A DNA stretch of 64,000 nucleotides from an uncultured bacterium (GCA_963825135.1 CAWGRW010000009.1:1984001-2048000); one strand, 5' to 3'. Shown: positions 47,370 through 58,399, counted from the stretch's first letter. Notes: a model not told the origin generated them from the letters alone. Numbers and translations are program-made.

Positions 47370-48649
47370 GCATGTTGATCAAGGGGGGCAGGATAATGGA
47401 CCCCTCGAGGAATTTTGACAAGGTCGGGAACATTTTCATTGAGAACGGGAATATTAAATCCTTTCCTGACGATACAAAGAAGATAGAAAAGGCCCCTGGG
47501 GTTCGTGTAATCGCCGCCGGAGGAAAAATAGTATCTCCCGGATTCGTCGATATGCACGTACATCTGAGGGAGCCCGGATACGAGCACAAGGAGACTATAC
47601 GCACCGGGTGCGAATCAGCGGCCGCGGGCGGCTTTACCTCGGTCGTCTGTATGCCCAACACAAACCCGATAAACGACAACGCCTCCGTGACCGAATACAT
47701 CATGCTCAAAGCGCGGACGGAGGGGATTGTGAACGTATTCCCCATCGGCGCGATTACCAAGGGGGAGAAGGGAGAGACCCTGGCCCAGATAGGGGAGATG
47801 TACGAAGCCGGGTGCGTGGGGATTTCAGACGACGGTATGCCTGTTATGAATTCCAAAGTCATGCGTCACGCGATGGAATACGTTAAAGCTTTCGGGATTC
47901 CCGTGTTGTCACATGCCGAAGACCACAACCTCTCGGGTCACGGCGTCATGAACGAGGGGCACACGTCTACGCTCCTTGGTCTGAGCGGCATTCCCGCCGC
48001 CTCGGAGGACGTGATGGTATCCCGCGATATAACTCTAGCCGAGCTCACGGGGACGCATCTCCACATATGTCACGTCTCGACGGCCGGAGCCGTCAGGCTT
48101 ATCAGGGCTGCCAAGAAGAGGGGAGTGAACGTGACCGCCGAGGCGACTCCTCATCATTTCACGCTTACGGATAAGGCGGTAGCGGAGTACGATACGAACG
48201 CGAAAATGAACCCGCCGCTCAGGAGCGAAGGCGACAGGGAGGCGGTCAGGGAAGGGCTCAGAGACGGCACCATAGACGCCATAGCTACCGACCACGCCCC
48301 GCACAGCGAGGACGAAAAAATGGTGGAGTTCGATTTGGCCCCCTTCGGCATCGCGGGGCTCGAGACCGCTCTTCCCCTTTCGTTGAAACTGGTGGAAGAC
48401 GGGGTGCTGACGCTCCCTGAAATGATAGGCAAACTGACCTATCTGCCTTCAAGAATAATAAATATCCCCAAGGGGACGCTCAACCCGGGCGATCCGGCCG
48501 ATATCCTGATATTCGATCCCGGGAAAAAGGTCATAATCGACGGGACAAAATTCCGCTCGAAGAGTAAGAATACGCCTTTTCACGGTTGGGAGCTTAAGGG
48601 GGCCGTGTTGTACACTATAGTAAACGGCAACGTCGTATATTCGGTCTAA
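47366..48649 (+). CDS. pyrC: Dihydroorotase
   Basis: [28 protein letters not shown]. Confidence 0.96.
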   Translation: MSMLIKGGRIMDPSRNFDKVGNIFIENGNIKSFPDDTKKIEKAPGVRVIAAGGKIVSPGFVDMHVHLREPGYEHKETIRTGCESAAAGGFTSVVCMPNTNPINDNASVTEYIMLKARTEGIVNVFPIGAITKGEKGETLAQIGEMYEAGCVGISDDGMPVMNSKVMRHAMEYVKAFGIPVLSHAEDHNLSGHGVMNEGHTSTLLGLSGIPAASEDVMVSRDITLAELTGTHLHICHVSTAGAVRLIRAAKKRGVNVTAEATPHHFTLTDKAVAEYDTNAKMNPPLRSEGDREAVREGLRDGTIDAIATDHAPHSEDEKMVEFDLAPFGIAGLETALPLSLKLVEDGVLTLPEMIGKLTYLPSRIINIPKGTLNPGDPADILIFDPGKKVIIDGTKFRSKSKNTPFHGWELKGAVLYTIVNGNVVYSV

Positions 48650-48663
48650 TACGTCTGCAAATT

Positions 48664-49167
48664 CTATTTCTCTAAAAAGCAGACTTCTGGATATTTCTCG
48701 CCGACTGATTTCCAGAACTGAGTGGTGACCTCGTCCAGTTTGTACTTTGGATTTATTTTTACGCTGCCCGTATCCAGATCGATCTCGACCATTGTCTCGT
48801 CCTTGTCCGTGAGGAGCGAGAACTTTCTCGGCCCTATGACCTTGTAGCTCGATACGATCTGCTGCTCGGAGCTGATACTCATGCCTACAGTCGGGTCCAT
48901 GTGTATCTCGGGCTCTTCAGAGTCTACACGCTCGACATATTCCTCCTGTGTCTCCCCTGGCGTGTCTTGCGTCTGTACCGATCTCTTTATCTCATTATCA
49001 TAGGGTTCCGATAATTGCCCCGAGTCGTTTTTCACGTACGGGGTTTTGGTGCTGCAGTCGGACCCGGCGCCGCCAATATTTATGGATACGATTTTATCTG
49101 TGTAAAGGATGTAAGAGGAGGCGCCGAGGAGCGCCGAGAGTATTATGATAACGAAATTTCTAATCAT
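48664..49167 (-). CDS. Hypothetical membrane-anchored or exported protein
   Basis: 167-aa ORF filling the gap, hydrophobic N-terminus, GAGG upstream. Confidence 0.65.
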   Translation of the reverse strand: MIRNFVIIILSALLGASSYILYTDKIVSINIGGAGSDCSTKTPYVKNDSGQLSEPYDNEIKRSVQTQDTPGETQEEYVERVDSEEPEIHMDPTVGMSISSEQQIVSSYKVIGPRKFSLLTDKDETMVEIDLDTGSVKINPKYKLDEVTTQFWKSVGEKYPEVCFLEK

Positions 49168-49289
49168 GGCCTCACCCCGTTAGGTCGAAAAGACGTACTT
49201 CTTATCCCCCGTATAGAAGTATAACCTGATGCTATCGGATATTTCTTGTTAATTTTGTGGTATAAGATAATCTTCGGCCAGGGAATCGT

Positions 49290-50480
49290 ATGAAGATATG
49301 GGTCAAAGGCATAGGAGGCAGCGAAGTCGCGGGCGACAGACCGCTTCTAAACCGGGACTTCGTTCTCATTACTCTGACTTCTTTTATTTTTTTCTTTAAC
49401 TACCACTCTTTCATTTTGCTGCCTCTTCGCATCGAAGAGCTCGGAGGAAGGGAATCGACCATAGGGTTTATTATGGGGTCGGCTTCAATGGCTACTATCC
49501 TTACGACCCCTTCGGTCGGAATCCTCATAGACAAGTGGGGGAAGAAGTGGTTTCTTCTTGCGGGTGGGCTGCTGATGTCTTTGACGTCTCTCCCGTTCGC
49601 GTTCCTGAATTCCCTCAGTATCGCTTTCCCCGCCCTAAGGGTGCTGCACGGGGCCGCGCTCTCCCTTTGTTTCGTATCCGCGGGGACGCTAATTGCGGAC
49701 GTATCCGCTCCCGGCAGAAGGAGCCAGGCCATAGGCATTTTCGGCCTGTTCAGCGTTATCAACTTCGCGCTCGCGCCCTACATCGGGAAAAAGATAGTTG
49801 AGGCGTACGGGTTCGGGGACTTGTTCATATTCGATTTTATTTTCGGGTCTTCCGCGTTTATAGCGGCGCTTTTTATAAGGGAGCCGGAGACGCTCATTCT
49901 TGATGGTATTCCGGGGAGCAGCTACAAGAAGGCTCTTTTCAGAAGAGGCGTATTGATAGCGGCATTCGCCCTAATGGTCGCGGGGACTGGCTTTGTCTCG
50001 GCCATCACTTTCGTTCCCGTATTCGCAAGGCGCATAGGCGTCCACTCGTTCGAGCTCTTTTTTGTGACCTATACGGTTGCCGTGCTTGCGGTGAGGCTCA
50101 TCGGCGGATGGATTCCCGACAAGTTCGGGAAGAAAAGGTCCTCCGTGCCGGCGCTGTTCCTGTTTGCCCTGGGCATATCGGCGATAGGATTTGCAACCGG
50201 GTCCGCGGGTCTGATACTGGCGGGGGTCTTATTCGGGCTCGGTCACGGGCTATTTTATCCCGCGATCTACGCCCTCGTCATAGACCTTTCGCCCGAGGCC
50301 GACAGGGGGAAGGCGGTCTCCATTTGCAGCGTCGCCTTTACGTTCGGCGGGATGCTCGGCGTATTTCTTTACGGAGTGGTCGCGGAGACCTGGGGGTTCC
50401 GCCTGATGTTCGAGGTAGCGGGCGCAGTGTGCATTGCGGGCTTCATATTTTTCGCCCTGTATGGAAAAGAGTCGGAATGA
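49290..50480 (+). CDS. MFS transporter
   Basis: About 12 TM segments, motif A (GILIDKWGKK, GWIPDKFGKK). Confidence 0.92.
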   Translation: MKIWVKGIGGSEVAGDRPLLNRDFVLITLTSFIFFFNYHSFILLPLRIEELGGRESTIGFIMGSASMATILTTPSVGILIDKWGKKWFLLAGGLLMSLTSLPFAFLNSLSIAFPALRVLHGAALSLCFVSAGTLIADVSAPGRRSQAIGIFGLFSVINFALAPYIGKKIVEAYGFGDLFIFDFIFGSSAFIAALFIREPETLILDGIPGSSYKKALFRRGVLIAAFALMVAGTGFVSAITFVPVFARRIGVHSFELFFVTYTVAVLAVRLIGGWIPDKFGKKRSSVPALFLFALGISAIGFATGSAGLILAGVLFGLGHGLFYPAIYALVIDLSPEADRGKAVSICSVAFTFGGMLGVFLYGVVAETWGFRLMFEVAGAVCIAGFIFFALYGKESE

Positions 50481-50554
50481 GGCGGGCGCCGCGACGGGGG
50501 CGGGAATAGACCCGGGTCGGGTAAGATATACCGATATCGCGACGGAGGCACAGG

Positions 50555-50959
50555 ATGACTGAGGAAATGGATATGAAAAAGGAGTTCCCCCTCGTACCGT
50601 TCTGGGAATTTCTGGGAATCGAAATCGTGGAGATGCGTCCCGGGTATGGCAAACTCATCATACGCGCCAATGAGAATCTGACCAATCCGTACGGATATAT
50701 CCACGGCGGGGTTTTATCCACTCTCGCCGACTCCGCGGCCGCCGTCGCAATCGCTGGGATGGTTCGGAACAAGGGAAAAAAGTTCATGACGGTCGAGATG
50801 AATATAAGCTATATAAACCCCGTTACCGGGGGCGTTATAGAGGCCCATGCCAAGGCCCTCAGGGAGGGCAGAATAGTTCCGGCCGAGGTCGATATAATTA
50901 ATGAAAATAAACTTGTTGCCAAGGCTATAGCCACGTATATTATTGTTGACGATAAGTAA
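50555..50959 (+). CDS. PaaI-family hotdog thioesterase
   Basis: NPYGYIHGGVLSTLAD, TVEMNISY. Confidence 0.88.
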   Translation: MTEEMDMKKEFPLVPFWEFLGIEIVEMRPGYGKLIIRANENLTNPYGYIHGGVLSTLADSAAAVAIAGMVRNKGKKFMTVEMNISYINPVTGGVIEAHAKALREGRIVPAEVDIINENKLVAKAIATYIIVDDK

Positions 50960-51059
50960 GAAGGATTGGACAATTCCCCGGACCTTATTCCGTATTCATA
51001 TTACAAATGTATCGGCTTGACGATAACCTCCTTTTGGGGTAGAACCTATAACTTTAAAT

Positions 51060-52523
51060 ATGGACAACGAACAGTCTGACCAGAGAAAAGAAAAGCTTAA
51101 TGAATTAAGAACCTTAGGCGTAAACCCATATGCGAACGGCTATAAGCCGGACAGCCTCGCGGCAGAGCTGTTATCGAAATTCGGAGAAACCCCCGCAAAC
51201 GAGCTTGAAAGCCCGGACGAGGACTACTCCCTTGCCGGCAGGGTGGTGGCGCTCAGGGATTTCGGCAAGAGCGTCTTTTTTCACATCCTGGACAGGTCCG
51301 GAAAGATACAGGGTTACATGAAGACCGATATAATCGGCGAAGACGGGCTCAAATTTTTTAAGAGGTATGTGGACCTGGGTGACTTTATAGGCATCGCGGG
51401 AAACCTGTTCAAGACGAGGACCGGGGAGCTCACCGTCAATGTCAAGGATTTTAAGTTTCTCACAAAATCCCTTCACCCGCTTCCCGAGAAGTGGCACGGG
51501 CTTAAGGATGTTGAAGTCAGATACCGACAGCGTTATCTCGACCTCATCTCGAACCCGGAAATCAAGGAAATTTTTCTTACAAGAAGCAAAATTATTAAAC
51601 TCATGAGAAAGTTCCTCGACGAGAGGGATTTCATCGAGGTTGAGACCCCCATTCTGCACCCGATTGCGGGAGGGGCCGCCGCCCGCCCTTTCGAGACACA
51701 CCACAATGCGCTGGATATGGATTTGTTCCTGAGGATAGCCCCCGAGCTCTATCTTAAAAGGCTTGTAATAGGCGGGCTTGAAAGGGTGTACGAGATAGGC
51801 CGGACTTTCAGGAACGAAGGCGTTTCTACGCAGCACAACCCGGAGTTCACGATGATCGAGCTCTACCAGGCGTACGCCACGTACGAGGACCTCATGGACA
51901 TGATCGAGGAGCTGGTCTGCCATTTGGCCATGGAGGTCAAAGGCTCTCTGGTCTTCGAGTACGGCGGCGCGGAGATAAACATGACCCGTCCCTGGAAGAG
52001 ACTGAATATCCTGGCGTCTCTCGGAGAGGCCCTCGGAAAAGAAGTCCTTGCCGATGACGAGAAGCTTTTTCAAAAGGCTCACTCCCTCGGGGTGGACCAT
52101 AAGGGCATCAGGGGCAAGGCTATCGTGGAATCCTTTGAGATATTAAAGGGCGAGGAGCTGATGAACCCCGCATTTGTATACGGTTTTCCGCTCGACGTGT
52201 CTCCTCTCGCGAGAAAGAACGAATATGACCCCGATATCACAGACAGATTCGAGCTGTACATAGTCGGAAGGGAAATCGCCAACGCCTTCTCCGAGCTGAA
52301 CGATCCAATAGATCAGAAAGAACGATTCCGGGGCCAGCTCGACCTCAAATTAAAGGGAGAAGAAGAAGTGCATGAAATGGACGAGGATTTTGTCACAGCT
52401 CTTGAGCACGGGATGCCCCCGACGGCGGGCGCGGGCATAGGCATAGACCGCCTTGTCATGCTTTTCACAAACTCACCTTCCATAAGGGAAGTAATTTTCT
52501 TCCCCCATCTAAGGCCGGAATGA
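51060..52523 (+). CDS. lysS: Lysine-tRNA ligase (class II)
   Basis: RYRQRYLDL, LRIAPELYLKRL, FRNEG..HNPEFT, GIGIDRL. Confidence 0.98.
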   Translation: MDNEQSDQRKEKLNELRTLGVNPYANGYKPDSLAAELLSKFGETPANELESPDEDYSLAGRVVALRDFGKSVFFHILDRSGKIQGYMKTDIIGEDGLKFFKRYVDLGDFIGIAGNLFKTRTGELTVNVKDFKFLTKSLHPLPEKWHGLKDVEVRYRQRYLDLISNPEIKEIFLTRSKIIKLMRKFLDERDFIEVETPILHPIAGGAAARPFETHHNALDMDLFLRIAPELYLKRLVIGGLERVYEIGRTFRNEGVSTQHNPEFTMIELYQAYATYEDLMDMIEELVCHLAMEVKGSLVFEYGGAEINMTRPWKRLNILASLGEALGKEVLADDEKLFQKAHSLGVDHKGIRGKAIVESFEILKGEELMNPAFVYGFPLDVSPLARKNEYDPDITDRFELYIVGREIANAFSELNDPIDQKERFRGQLDLKLKGEEEVHEMDEDFVTALEHGMPPTAGAGIGIDRLVMLFTNSPSIREVIFFPHLRPE

Positions 52524-53830
52524 AATACGAATTTTTTATCGGGCTGAGATACCTGAGTTCCAGGCGTAAGCAGAAGTTCGCCTCTATAATAGGACTGATT
52601 TCGGTCCTCGGGGTGATTATCGGCGTCATGGCCCTGAACGTGGTCCTCTCGGTTATGGGGGGGTTCGAAGAGGAGCTCAGGGAGAAGATACTGGGCGTAA
52701 GCTCCCACATCGTTATCTTGAGCTACGACGGGCCTGTGAAGGATTATTCCAAAATCGAAGCCGAGGCGCAAAAATTCCCGGGGGTCGTGGGGGCGAGTCC
52801 GTTTATCTACGGGCAGGGCATGATGGCCAGCGAAAAGAACGTTTCGGGCTCCGTCATTCGGGGTATTGTCCCGGCGACGGCGGGAACGGTTACGAACATC
52901 GAGCTTGCTATCGGAAGGGGGATGCTCGTGGGGGACGATAGTAAAAAGGAGAAAAATTCCGACGAGCAGCTCGCGAAGGTCGGCAAAGAAGTGCTCGCCA
53001 AACTGGATAAGGAAACGAAATCCGGGAAGCCGCCGATACTGCTCGGCAAGGAGCTTGCGAATACGCTCGGGGTTGTGGAGGGCGACCTCGTCAGTCTCGT
53101 ATCGCCTTTCGGCAAAATGGGTCCTTTCGGAGCTACGGCCAAGGTGAAGAAATTTGAAGTCGCCGGGATATTCGATTACGGTATGATCGAGTACGATTCG
53201 TCGATTTCTTATGTCGACCTCAAGGACGCTATGGATTTTTTCGACATGAACGGCGAGGTTTCGGGCGTGGAGGTTAAAGTCAGGGATATATACGACGCGA
53301 AGGGGATCGGAGGAGAGCTTGCGTCGATCCTGGGTTTCCCTTATTACACCAGGAACTGGGAGGAGGTCAATAAGAGCCTGTTCAAGGCGCTCAGGCTGGA
53401 AAGGGTAGCAATAGCCATTTTCCTCGGTCTGATTATCCTGGTCGCGGCGCTCGATATCGTGAGCGCGTTAACCATGGTCGTAATGGAAAAGGGCAAAGAC
53501 ATCGCCATCCTCCGTGCGATGGGGGCTACCAGGAACGGCATCTTGAAGATCTTTATAATAGACGGGATGATTATCGGGATCGTCGGAACTCTGCTCGGAA
53601 GCCTTTCGGGGTACGGTATCTGCTACATGCTTAAAACCAGTGAAACTATAAGGAAACTCATTCCTTTTGATAACAACGTCTATCCTATTTCGGAGTTTCC
53701 AGTTAAAATTGAACCGTTTTATTTTTTCACGGTGGCGTTTTTCAGCATATTGATATGTTTCATAGCAACTCTGTATCCGTCATTCCAAGCGTCTCGGAAA
53801 GATCCGATTGAGGCACTGAGGTATGAATAA
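52520..53830 (+). CDS. lolC: Lipoprotein-releasing ABC transporter permease LolC/E
   Basis: FIGLRYL, VLSVMGGFE, DIAILRAMGA, DPIEALRYE. Confidence 0.9.
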   Translation: MKYEFFIGLRYLSSRRKQKFASIIGLISVLGVIIGVMALNVVLSVMGGFEEELREKILGVSSHIVILSYDGPVKDYSKIEAEAQKFPGVVGASPFIYGQGMMASEKNVSGSVIRGIVPATAGTVTNIELAIGRGMLVGDDSKKEKNSDEQLAKVGKEVLAKLDKETKSGKPPILLGKELANTLGVVEGDLVSLVSPFGKMGPFGATAKVKKFEVAGIFDYGMIEYDSSISYVDLKDAMDFFDMNGEVSGVEVKVRDIYDAKGIGGELASILGFPYYTRNWEEVNKSLFKALRLERVAIAIFLGLIILVAALDIVSALTMVVMEKGKDIAILRAMGATRNGILKIFIIDGMIIGIVGTLLGSLSGYGICYMLKTSETIRKLIPFDNNVYPISEFPVKIEPFYFFTVAFFSILICFIATLYPSFQASRKDPIEALRYE

Positions 53831-53833
53831 CGA

Positions 53834-54508
53834 ATGGAAATTCGAGTACGAGGTTTATGGAAGGTGTTTGAAACAGTCGGGGGCAGGGTAGAGGCGCTTA
53901 AGGGTATTGATCTGGACCTGCCGGACGGTGACACGCTCGCCGTAATCGGTGTTTCGGGATCGGGGAAAAGCACTCTGTTACATATTTTGGGAACGCTGGA
54001 CCAGCCTTCGAGCGGGGAGGTATATTACGGCAGCACTAATATTTTCAAGCAAAATGACAACGAGCTTGCCTCATTCAGGAACCGGGAAATCGGGTTTGTG
54101 TTCCAGTTCCATTATCTTCTGCCCGAATTCAGCGCATTGGAGAATGTGATGATTCCGTGCCTAATTAACGGAATCGGCTCCGACCAGGCGCGAGAGATGT
54201 CGCTGGACGTCCTGAAGAGAGTAGGTTTGGAGCACAGGCTCGAACACAGGCCCGGAGAGTTGTCTGGCGGGGAACAGCAGAGGGTGGCCATAGCCAGGGC
54301 CGTGGTTTTGAAACCTAAAGTCATTCTGGCTGATGAGCCGACGGGGAACCTGGATCTGGATACGGGGGCGACCATACTGGACTTGTTTTTGATGCTCAAC
54401 GCGGATTACGGGATCACTTCGGTCCTGGTTACTCATAATGTGGAAATCACAAAGCGGCTCAACAGGAGAATCAGGCTTTCCGATGGGAAAATTGTCGATG
54501 TCAATTAA
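53834..54508 (+). CDS. lolD: Lipoprotein-releasing ABC ATPase
   Basis: GVSGSGKST, GFVFQFHYLLPEF, LSGGEQQR, ADEPTGNLD. Confidence 0.93.
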   Translation: MEIRVRGLWKVFETVGGRVEALKGIDLDLPDGDTLAVIGVSGSGKSTLLHILGTLDQPSSGEVYYGSTNIFKQNDNELASFRNREIGFVFQFHYLLPEFSALENVMIPCLINGIGSDQAREMSLDVLKRVGLEHRLEHRPGELSGGEQQRVAIARAVVLKPKVILADEPTGNLDLDTGATILDLFLMLNADYGITSVLVTHNVEITKRLNRRIRLSDGKIVDVN

Positions 54509-56900
54509 TTTCAGGACAGGAAGAGCCGTTCTTTCAGTCGCTCTGCTTCTCCTGCTCAACTCGGTATGCTGCGGAATTGCGTTCGGACAGGGCCCGGAAG
54601 ATAAAGCGGCCCCTCCCCCGGAAACAGTGAAGGTGCCGGCGGCCGGAGCTGCCCAATCCGTAGATAACACTCAATTACCCGAGAGTCAGCAGCAGGAAAA
54701 AATAGTACAAATAAAAATAGAAGGCAACCTCCGCGTGGAAACGGATCTCATTGGGGTGAATATCTCATCTAAGGTTGGCGAACCGCTATCGAATGCGACT
54801 GTAAGGGATGACATAAAGAAGCTCTACAAGCTCGGGTTCTTCGAGGACGTGACTGCCGATACCGAGAAAACCCCGGGCGGAGTAATTCTTATCTATAACG
54901 TTAAGGAAAAACCCGTGGTCGCGGACCTCCGGATCAGGGGAAATAAGGCCATCAAGAGCGATAAGATTCTAGAGGTGATCGATGTAAAAGAAGGCCGCAT
55001 AATCGATCTGAACAAGGTTAAGCAGAGCCAGGAGGCTATAAGCGCCCTTTATGCCCAAAACGGTGTTGTCGGGACTGTAGTCGATTACAGCATCGAGCCC
55101 GAGGGAGAGGGGACTGTAAGCGTTACGTACGATATTAAAGAGGGCAAGAAGGCTTATGTTAAAAAGGTCGTCTTCATAGGTAATGAAAAACTCAAGGCTA
55201 AAATAATCAAGAAGGGCTTGTATGCCAAGCCCAAGGGGATCTTTTCCTTTATTTCGAAAAAGGGTCTCTATAACCCTCAGGAGATCGACAACGATTCGGA
55301 GCGGATCAGGGTAACTTACATCGATAACGGGTTTCTTGACGTAAAGGTAAGCAAGCCTGAGGTTGTATATAGCGATGAAGAAAAGGGTTATATTGTCACC
55401 TTCAAAATTGACGAGGGCAACCAGTACAAGGTGGATCAGCTCTCCTTTACGGGGGATATGATTGTTCCCGAAGAGGAGTTGAGGGCGACACTCAAGCTTA
55501 AAAGCGGGGAAATTTTCAGGGGGAGCCTGCTGGCCCAGGATATTTCGGGCCTCACCACGTTCTACGGGGACAAGGGATATGCGTTCGCTAACGTGGAGCC
55601 CGCGTTCAAGCTCAACAGGACGAACCTGACGGTGGATATCCAGTTCAGAATTGAGAAGGGCCACGAGGTTTATGTAAGGCAGATCGATATTGTAGGCAAT
55701 ATCAGGACGAGAGATAAGGTAATCAGAAGAGAGATACCCATTGAGGAAGGCCAGCTCTATAACGCCACAGAGGTCCAGGCCATCAAATCGAGGGTCACGA
55801 GGCTGGGTTTTTTCGAGGATAACGTGGAAGTCGCTTCCGAGAGGGTGCCCGGTACCGAAGACCAGCTGGATTTAAATGTTAAAGTCGCCGAGAAACCGAC
55901 AGGGTTTTTCAGCATAGCCGGGGGATTCAGCTCGGTCGAGACCTTTATCTTCGCCGGCCAGATTCAGGAAGCAAACCTCTTCGGATATGGCAAACGGGTA
56001 ACATTGAACGCTCAAATAGGCGGGGTTACACAGCTTTTTTACCTGAACTATCAGGACCCGCACCTGTTTGATACGGACTTTACCCTCGACGCTCTTGCTT
56101 TCAGGACGGACAGGGAGTTCCAGGATTTTAGCAGGAGCTCATTCGGAGGAAGTTTGACCTTCGGCAGATACATCTGGAAAGACCTAAGGGCTAACATTAC
56201 GTACAGAATCGAAGATGTGAAAATCGGGAGCATTGACGAGAACGCAAGACTCATCATTACACGGTCGAAACAAACGATAAGCAGCGTGGGATTGGGCTTG
56301 ACATGGGATTCGAGAAACAATCTTCTCGACCCGAGCGCGGGAAACCTGACTGAGACGGAAGTCGAATTTGCCGGCGGCCCGTTTGGTGGAAATACTGATT
56401 ATCTTAAATATACTTTATCATCAAGACAATGGTTCCCGTTATGGCTAAAGACCGTATTGACCATAAGGGGTACCTATGGGGTTATCGATTTCAGGAATAA
56501 CGGCAACGACCTGGTAGTTGGCGAGCGTTTCTTCCTTGGCGGGCCGAACACTCTAAGGGGCTATGGTTTCAGGAGGGTAGGGCCGAGGGTCCCTGCCGCC
56601 GACGGTAGCTTTGTCATAATTGGAGGCGTTCAGGAACTCCTGTTTTCCGTCGATTACATTTTTCCAATTTTGCCATCGGCGGGGCTGAAAGGGGCTATTT
56701 TTTTCGATATGGGTGATGCGTTCAACGACGGCCAGGATCTGACTTTAAACCCCAACAACCTGAGAAAAGATGTAGGGTTTGGTATGAGGTGGGTATCTCC
56801 TCTGGGACCGCTCAGGCTGGAAATAGGCTTTCCGCTCGGAGACAGGCTCCCCGGAGAAGATCCTTACGAAATTCAGTTTACTATAGGAACTCTATTTTAA
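54498..56900 (+). CDS. bamA: Outer-membrane protein assembly factor BamA
   Basis: POTRA repeats, LRGY, SPLGPLR, C-terminal F; ATG 54498 precedes a signal peptide. Confidence 0.95.
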   Translation: MSINFRTGRAVLSVALLLLLNSVCCGIAFGQGPEDKAAPPPETVKVPAAGAAQSVDNTQLPESQQQEKIVQIKIEGNLRVETDLIGVNISSKVGEPLSNATVRDDIKKLYKLGFFEDVTADTEKTPGGVILIYNVKEKPVVADLRIRGNKAIKSDKILEVIDVKEGRIIDLNKVKQSQEAISALYAQNGVVGTVVDYSIEPEGEGTVSVTYDIKEGKKAYVKKVVFIGNEKLKAKIIKKGLYAKPKGIFSFISKKGLYNPQEIDNDSERIRVTYIDNGFLDVKVSKPEVVYSDEEKGYIVTFKIDEGNQYKVDQLSFTGDMIVPEEELRATLKLKSGEIFRGSLLAQDISGLTTFYGDKGYAFANVEPAFKLNRTNLTVDIQFRIEKGHEVYVRQIDIVGNIRTRDKVIRREIPIEEGQLYNATEVQAIKSRVTRLGFFEDNVEVASERVPGTEDQLDLNVKVAEKPTGFFSIAGGFSSVETFIFAGQIQEANLFGYGKRVTLNAQIGGVTQLFYLNYQDPHLFDTDFTLDALAFRTDREFQDFSRSSFGGSLTFGRYIWKDLRANITYRIEDVKIGSIDENARLIITRSKQTISSVGLGLTWDSRNNLLDPSAGNLTETEVEFAGGPFGGNTDYLKYTLSSRQWFPLWLKTVLTIRGTYGVIDFRNNGNDLVVGERFFLGGPNTLRGYGFRRVGPRVPAADGSFVIIGGVQELLFSVDYIFPILPSAGLKGAIFFDMGDAFNDGQDLTLNPNNLRKDVGFGMRWVSPLGPLRLEIGFPLGDRLPGEDPYEIQFTIGTLF

Positions 56901-56919
56901 TGATAAGGAGGTTTAAAAC

Positions 56920-57429
56920 ATGAGAGTATTTTTTCTTGTATTAGGTTTGTTGCTGTTGACTCCTGCCTTTTCCTATTCGCAGGGTAACAAGATTGGTATT
57001 ATTGATTTACAGGCGGTTATCGGGAATTCGAAGGCGGGTAAGGCTGCGAAGGCTGCTTTCGAGGCCGAGTTCAAGCAAAAGCAGCAGATCATCGAGAGCA
57101 AGAACTCGCAGCTCGAAGCGATGAAAAACGAGTTCATTCAGAACGGTCCGGTGATGAACGAAACGACCAGAAAGCAGAAAGCCGATCAGATCGATGCCCT
57201 TGATAAGGACCTTCAGAGGTCGAGAGCGGATTTCCGGGACGAGCTCCAGAAAAGGGATTACGAGCTGCTCGAAAAAATATTAAAGGATCTCGATGGGATA
57301 CTCCAGTCGATCGGAACATCTGAGGGTTATACTATCATAATAGAAAAGACTGAAGGCGGTGTAGTTTTTTCAACTCCGTCAATAGATATAACTCAAAAGG
57401 TTATACAGGCCTACGACGCCAAGAACTGA
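56920..57429 (+). CDS. skp: Periplasmic chaperone Skp/OmpH
   Basis: Signal peptide, KIGIID, DITQKVI; follows bamA. Confidence 0.92.
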   Translation: MRVFFLVLGLLLLTPAFSYSQGNKIGIIDLQAVIGNSKAGKAAKAAFEAEFKQKQQIIESKNSQLEAMKNEFIQNGPVMNETTRKQKADQIDALDKDLQRSRADFRDELQKRDYELLEKILKDLDGILQSIGTSEGYTIIIEKTEGGVVFSTPSIDITQKVIQAYDAKN

Positions 57430-57460
57430 TGCTTGCGGTACTAATACAGACTGGAGAGTA

Positions 57461-57907
57461 TTGAAAACTTTAATTGATAGAGAAGGTATCAAGAAACTTA
57501 TTCCCCACAGGGAGCCGTTTCTTTTCGTGGATGAGGTGCTGGAGCTTGAATACGGGTCGAGAATTCTTGCTTCGAAGAAATTCGGTCCCGAGGAATGGTT
57601 TTTCAAGGGCCACTTCCCGGGCAGCCCGATTGTACCGGGAGTGATTATAGTAGAGGCATTGGCTCAGGCGGGCGGTGTGTTGTATAACGCATCGTTCACG
57701 GAGGAGCGAGAATCCAAAGGTCAGACGGGCGCTTACCTTGCGGGTCTTGAAAAAGTGCGCTTCAGGAAGGCGGTCTATCCGGAAGATGTTATTAAGCTCA
57801 ATGTGAGGATTATAAAGAAACGATCCAAGATAATAATTTTCACGGGGGAGGCCAGTGTGGGTCCCTCAATAGTTGCGGAAGCGGAAATTATGGTTTCGCT
57901 CTATTAA
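57461..57907 (+). CDS. fabZ: 3-hydroxyacyl-ACP dehydratase
   Basis: IPHREPFLFVD, FFKGHFPG.P.VPGV..EALAQ. Confidence 0.93.
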   Translation: MKTLIDREGIKKLIPHREPFLFVDEVLELEYGSRILASKKFGPEEWFFKGHFPGSPIVPGVIIVEALAQAGGVLYNASFTEERESKGQTGAYLAGLEKVRFRKAVYPEDVIKLNVRIIKKRSKIIIFTGEASVGPSIVAEAEIMVSLY

Positions 57908-57931
57908 TTTATTTAAAATCAATTCGTTACC

Positions 57932-57961
57932 TTGACAGCACTCTCTTTATCGTGTTAATAT
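57932..57961 (+). promoter_or_regulatory. Sigma-70 promoter of the tRNA-tuf operon (TTGACA-N18-TAATAT, with extended TG)
   Basis: Consensus -35 with an AT-rich upstream region. Confidence 0.55.
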
Positions 57962-58041
57962 ACGTGGTTTCATATATACGGGCGAATTCTATCTAATTTC
58001 AAATTAATGGAGAATCCACGGGAGTTATTGAGTTTTTAGAC

Positions 58042-58116
58042 GCTGGCGTAGCTCAGTGGTAGAGCAGCTGATTTGTAATCAGCAGGCCGGGGGTTCAAAT
58101 CCCTTCGCCAGCTCCA
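58042..58116 (+). tRNA. tRNA-Thr(TGT)
   Basis: Acceptor GCTGGCG/CGCCAGC, anticodon arm GCTGA-ttTGTaa-TCAGC, encoded CCA. Confidence 0.96.
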
Positions 58117-58163
58117 TAGGAAAAATGTCGCAATTACAGAGGCTTAAGCATAATTATATCGGA

Positions 58164-58246
58164 GGGGAGGTGGCTGAGCGGTCAAAAGCAGCAGACTGTA
58201 AATCTGCCGGTGCAAGCCTACGTAGGTTCAAATCCTGCCCTCCCCA
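58164..58246 (+). tRNA. tRNA-Tyr(GTA)
   Basis: Acceptor GGGGAGG/CCTCCCC, GCAGA-ctGTAaa-TCTGC, long variable arm; CCA not encoded. Confidence 0.95.
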
Positions 58247-58325
58247 GAGCACTTATATGGCAAATTATTCATTTGGGTTGTTGGTTATGCTCGATATTCA
58301 GTTGGCAGGCTGCAAGGCTATCAAA

Positions 58326-58399
58326 GCGGGAGTAGCTCAGTTGGCTAGAGCATCAGCCTTCCAAGCTGAGGGTCGCGGGTTCGAATCCCGTCTCCCGCT
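58326..58399 (+). tRNA. tRNA-Gly(TCC)
   Basis: Acceptor GCGGGAG/CTCCCGC, TCAGC-ctTCCaa-GCTGA. Confidence 0.96.

Noticed and set aside
49313..49328. AGGAGG 7 nt before an in-frame GTC in the MFS gene (another non-canonical start?)
   Set aside because: An in-frame ATG with a weak SD exists at 49290 and GTC is a very poor start; noted but unsupported.
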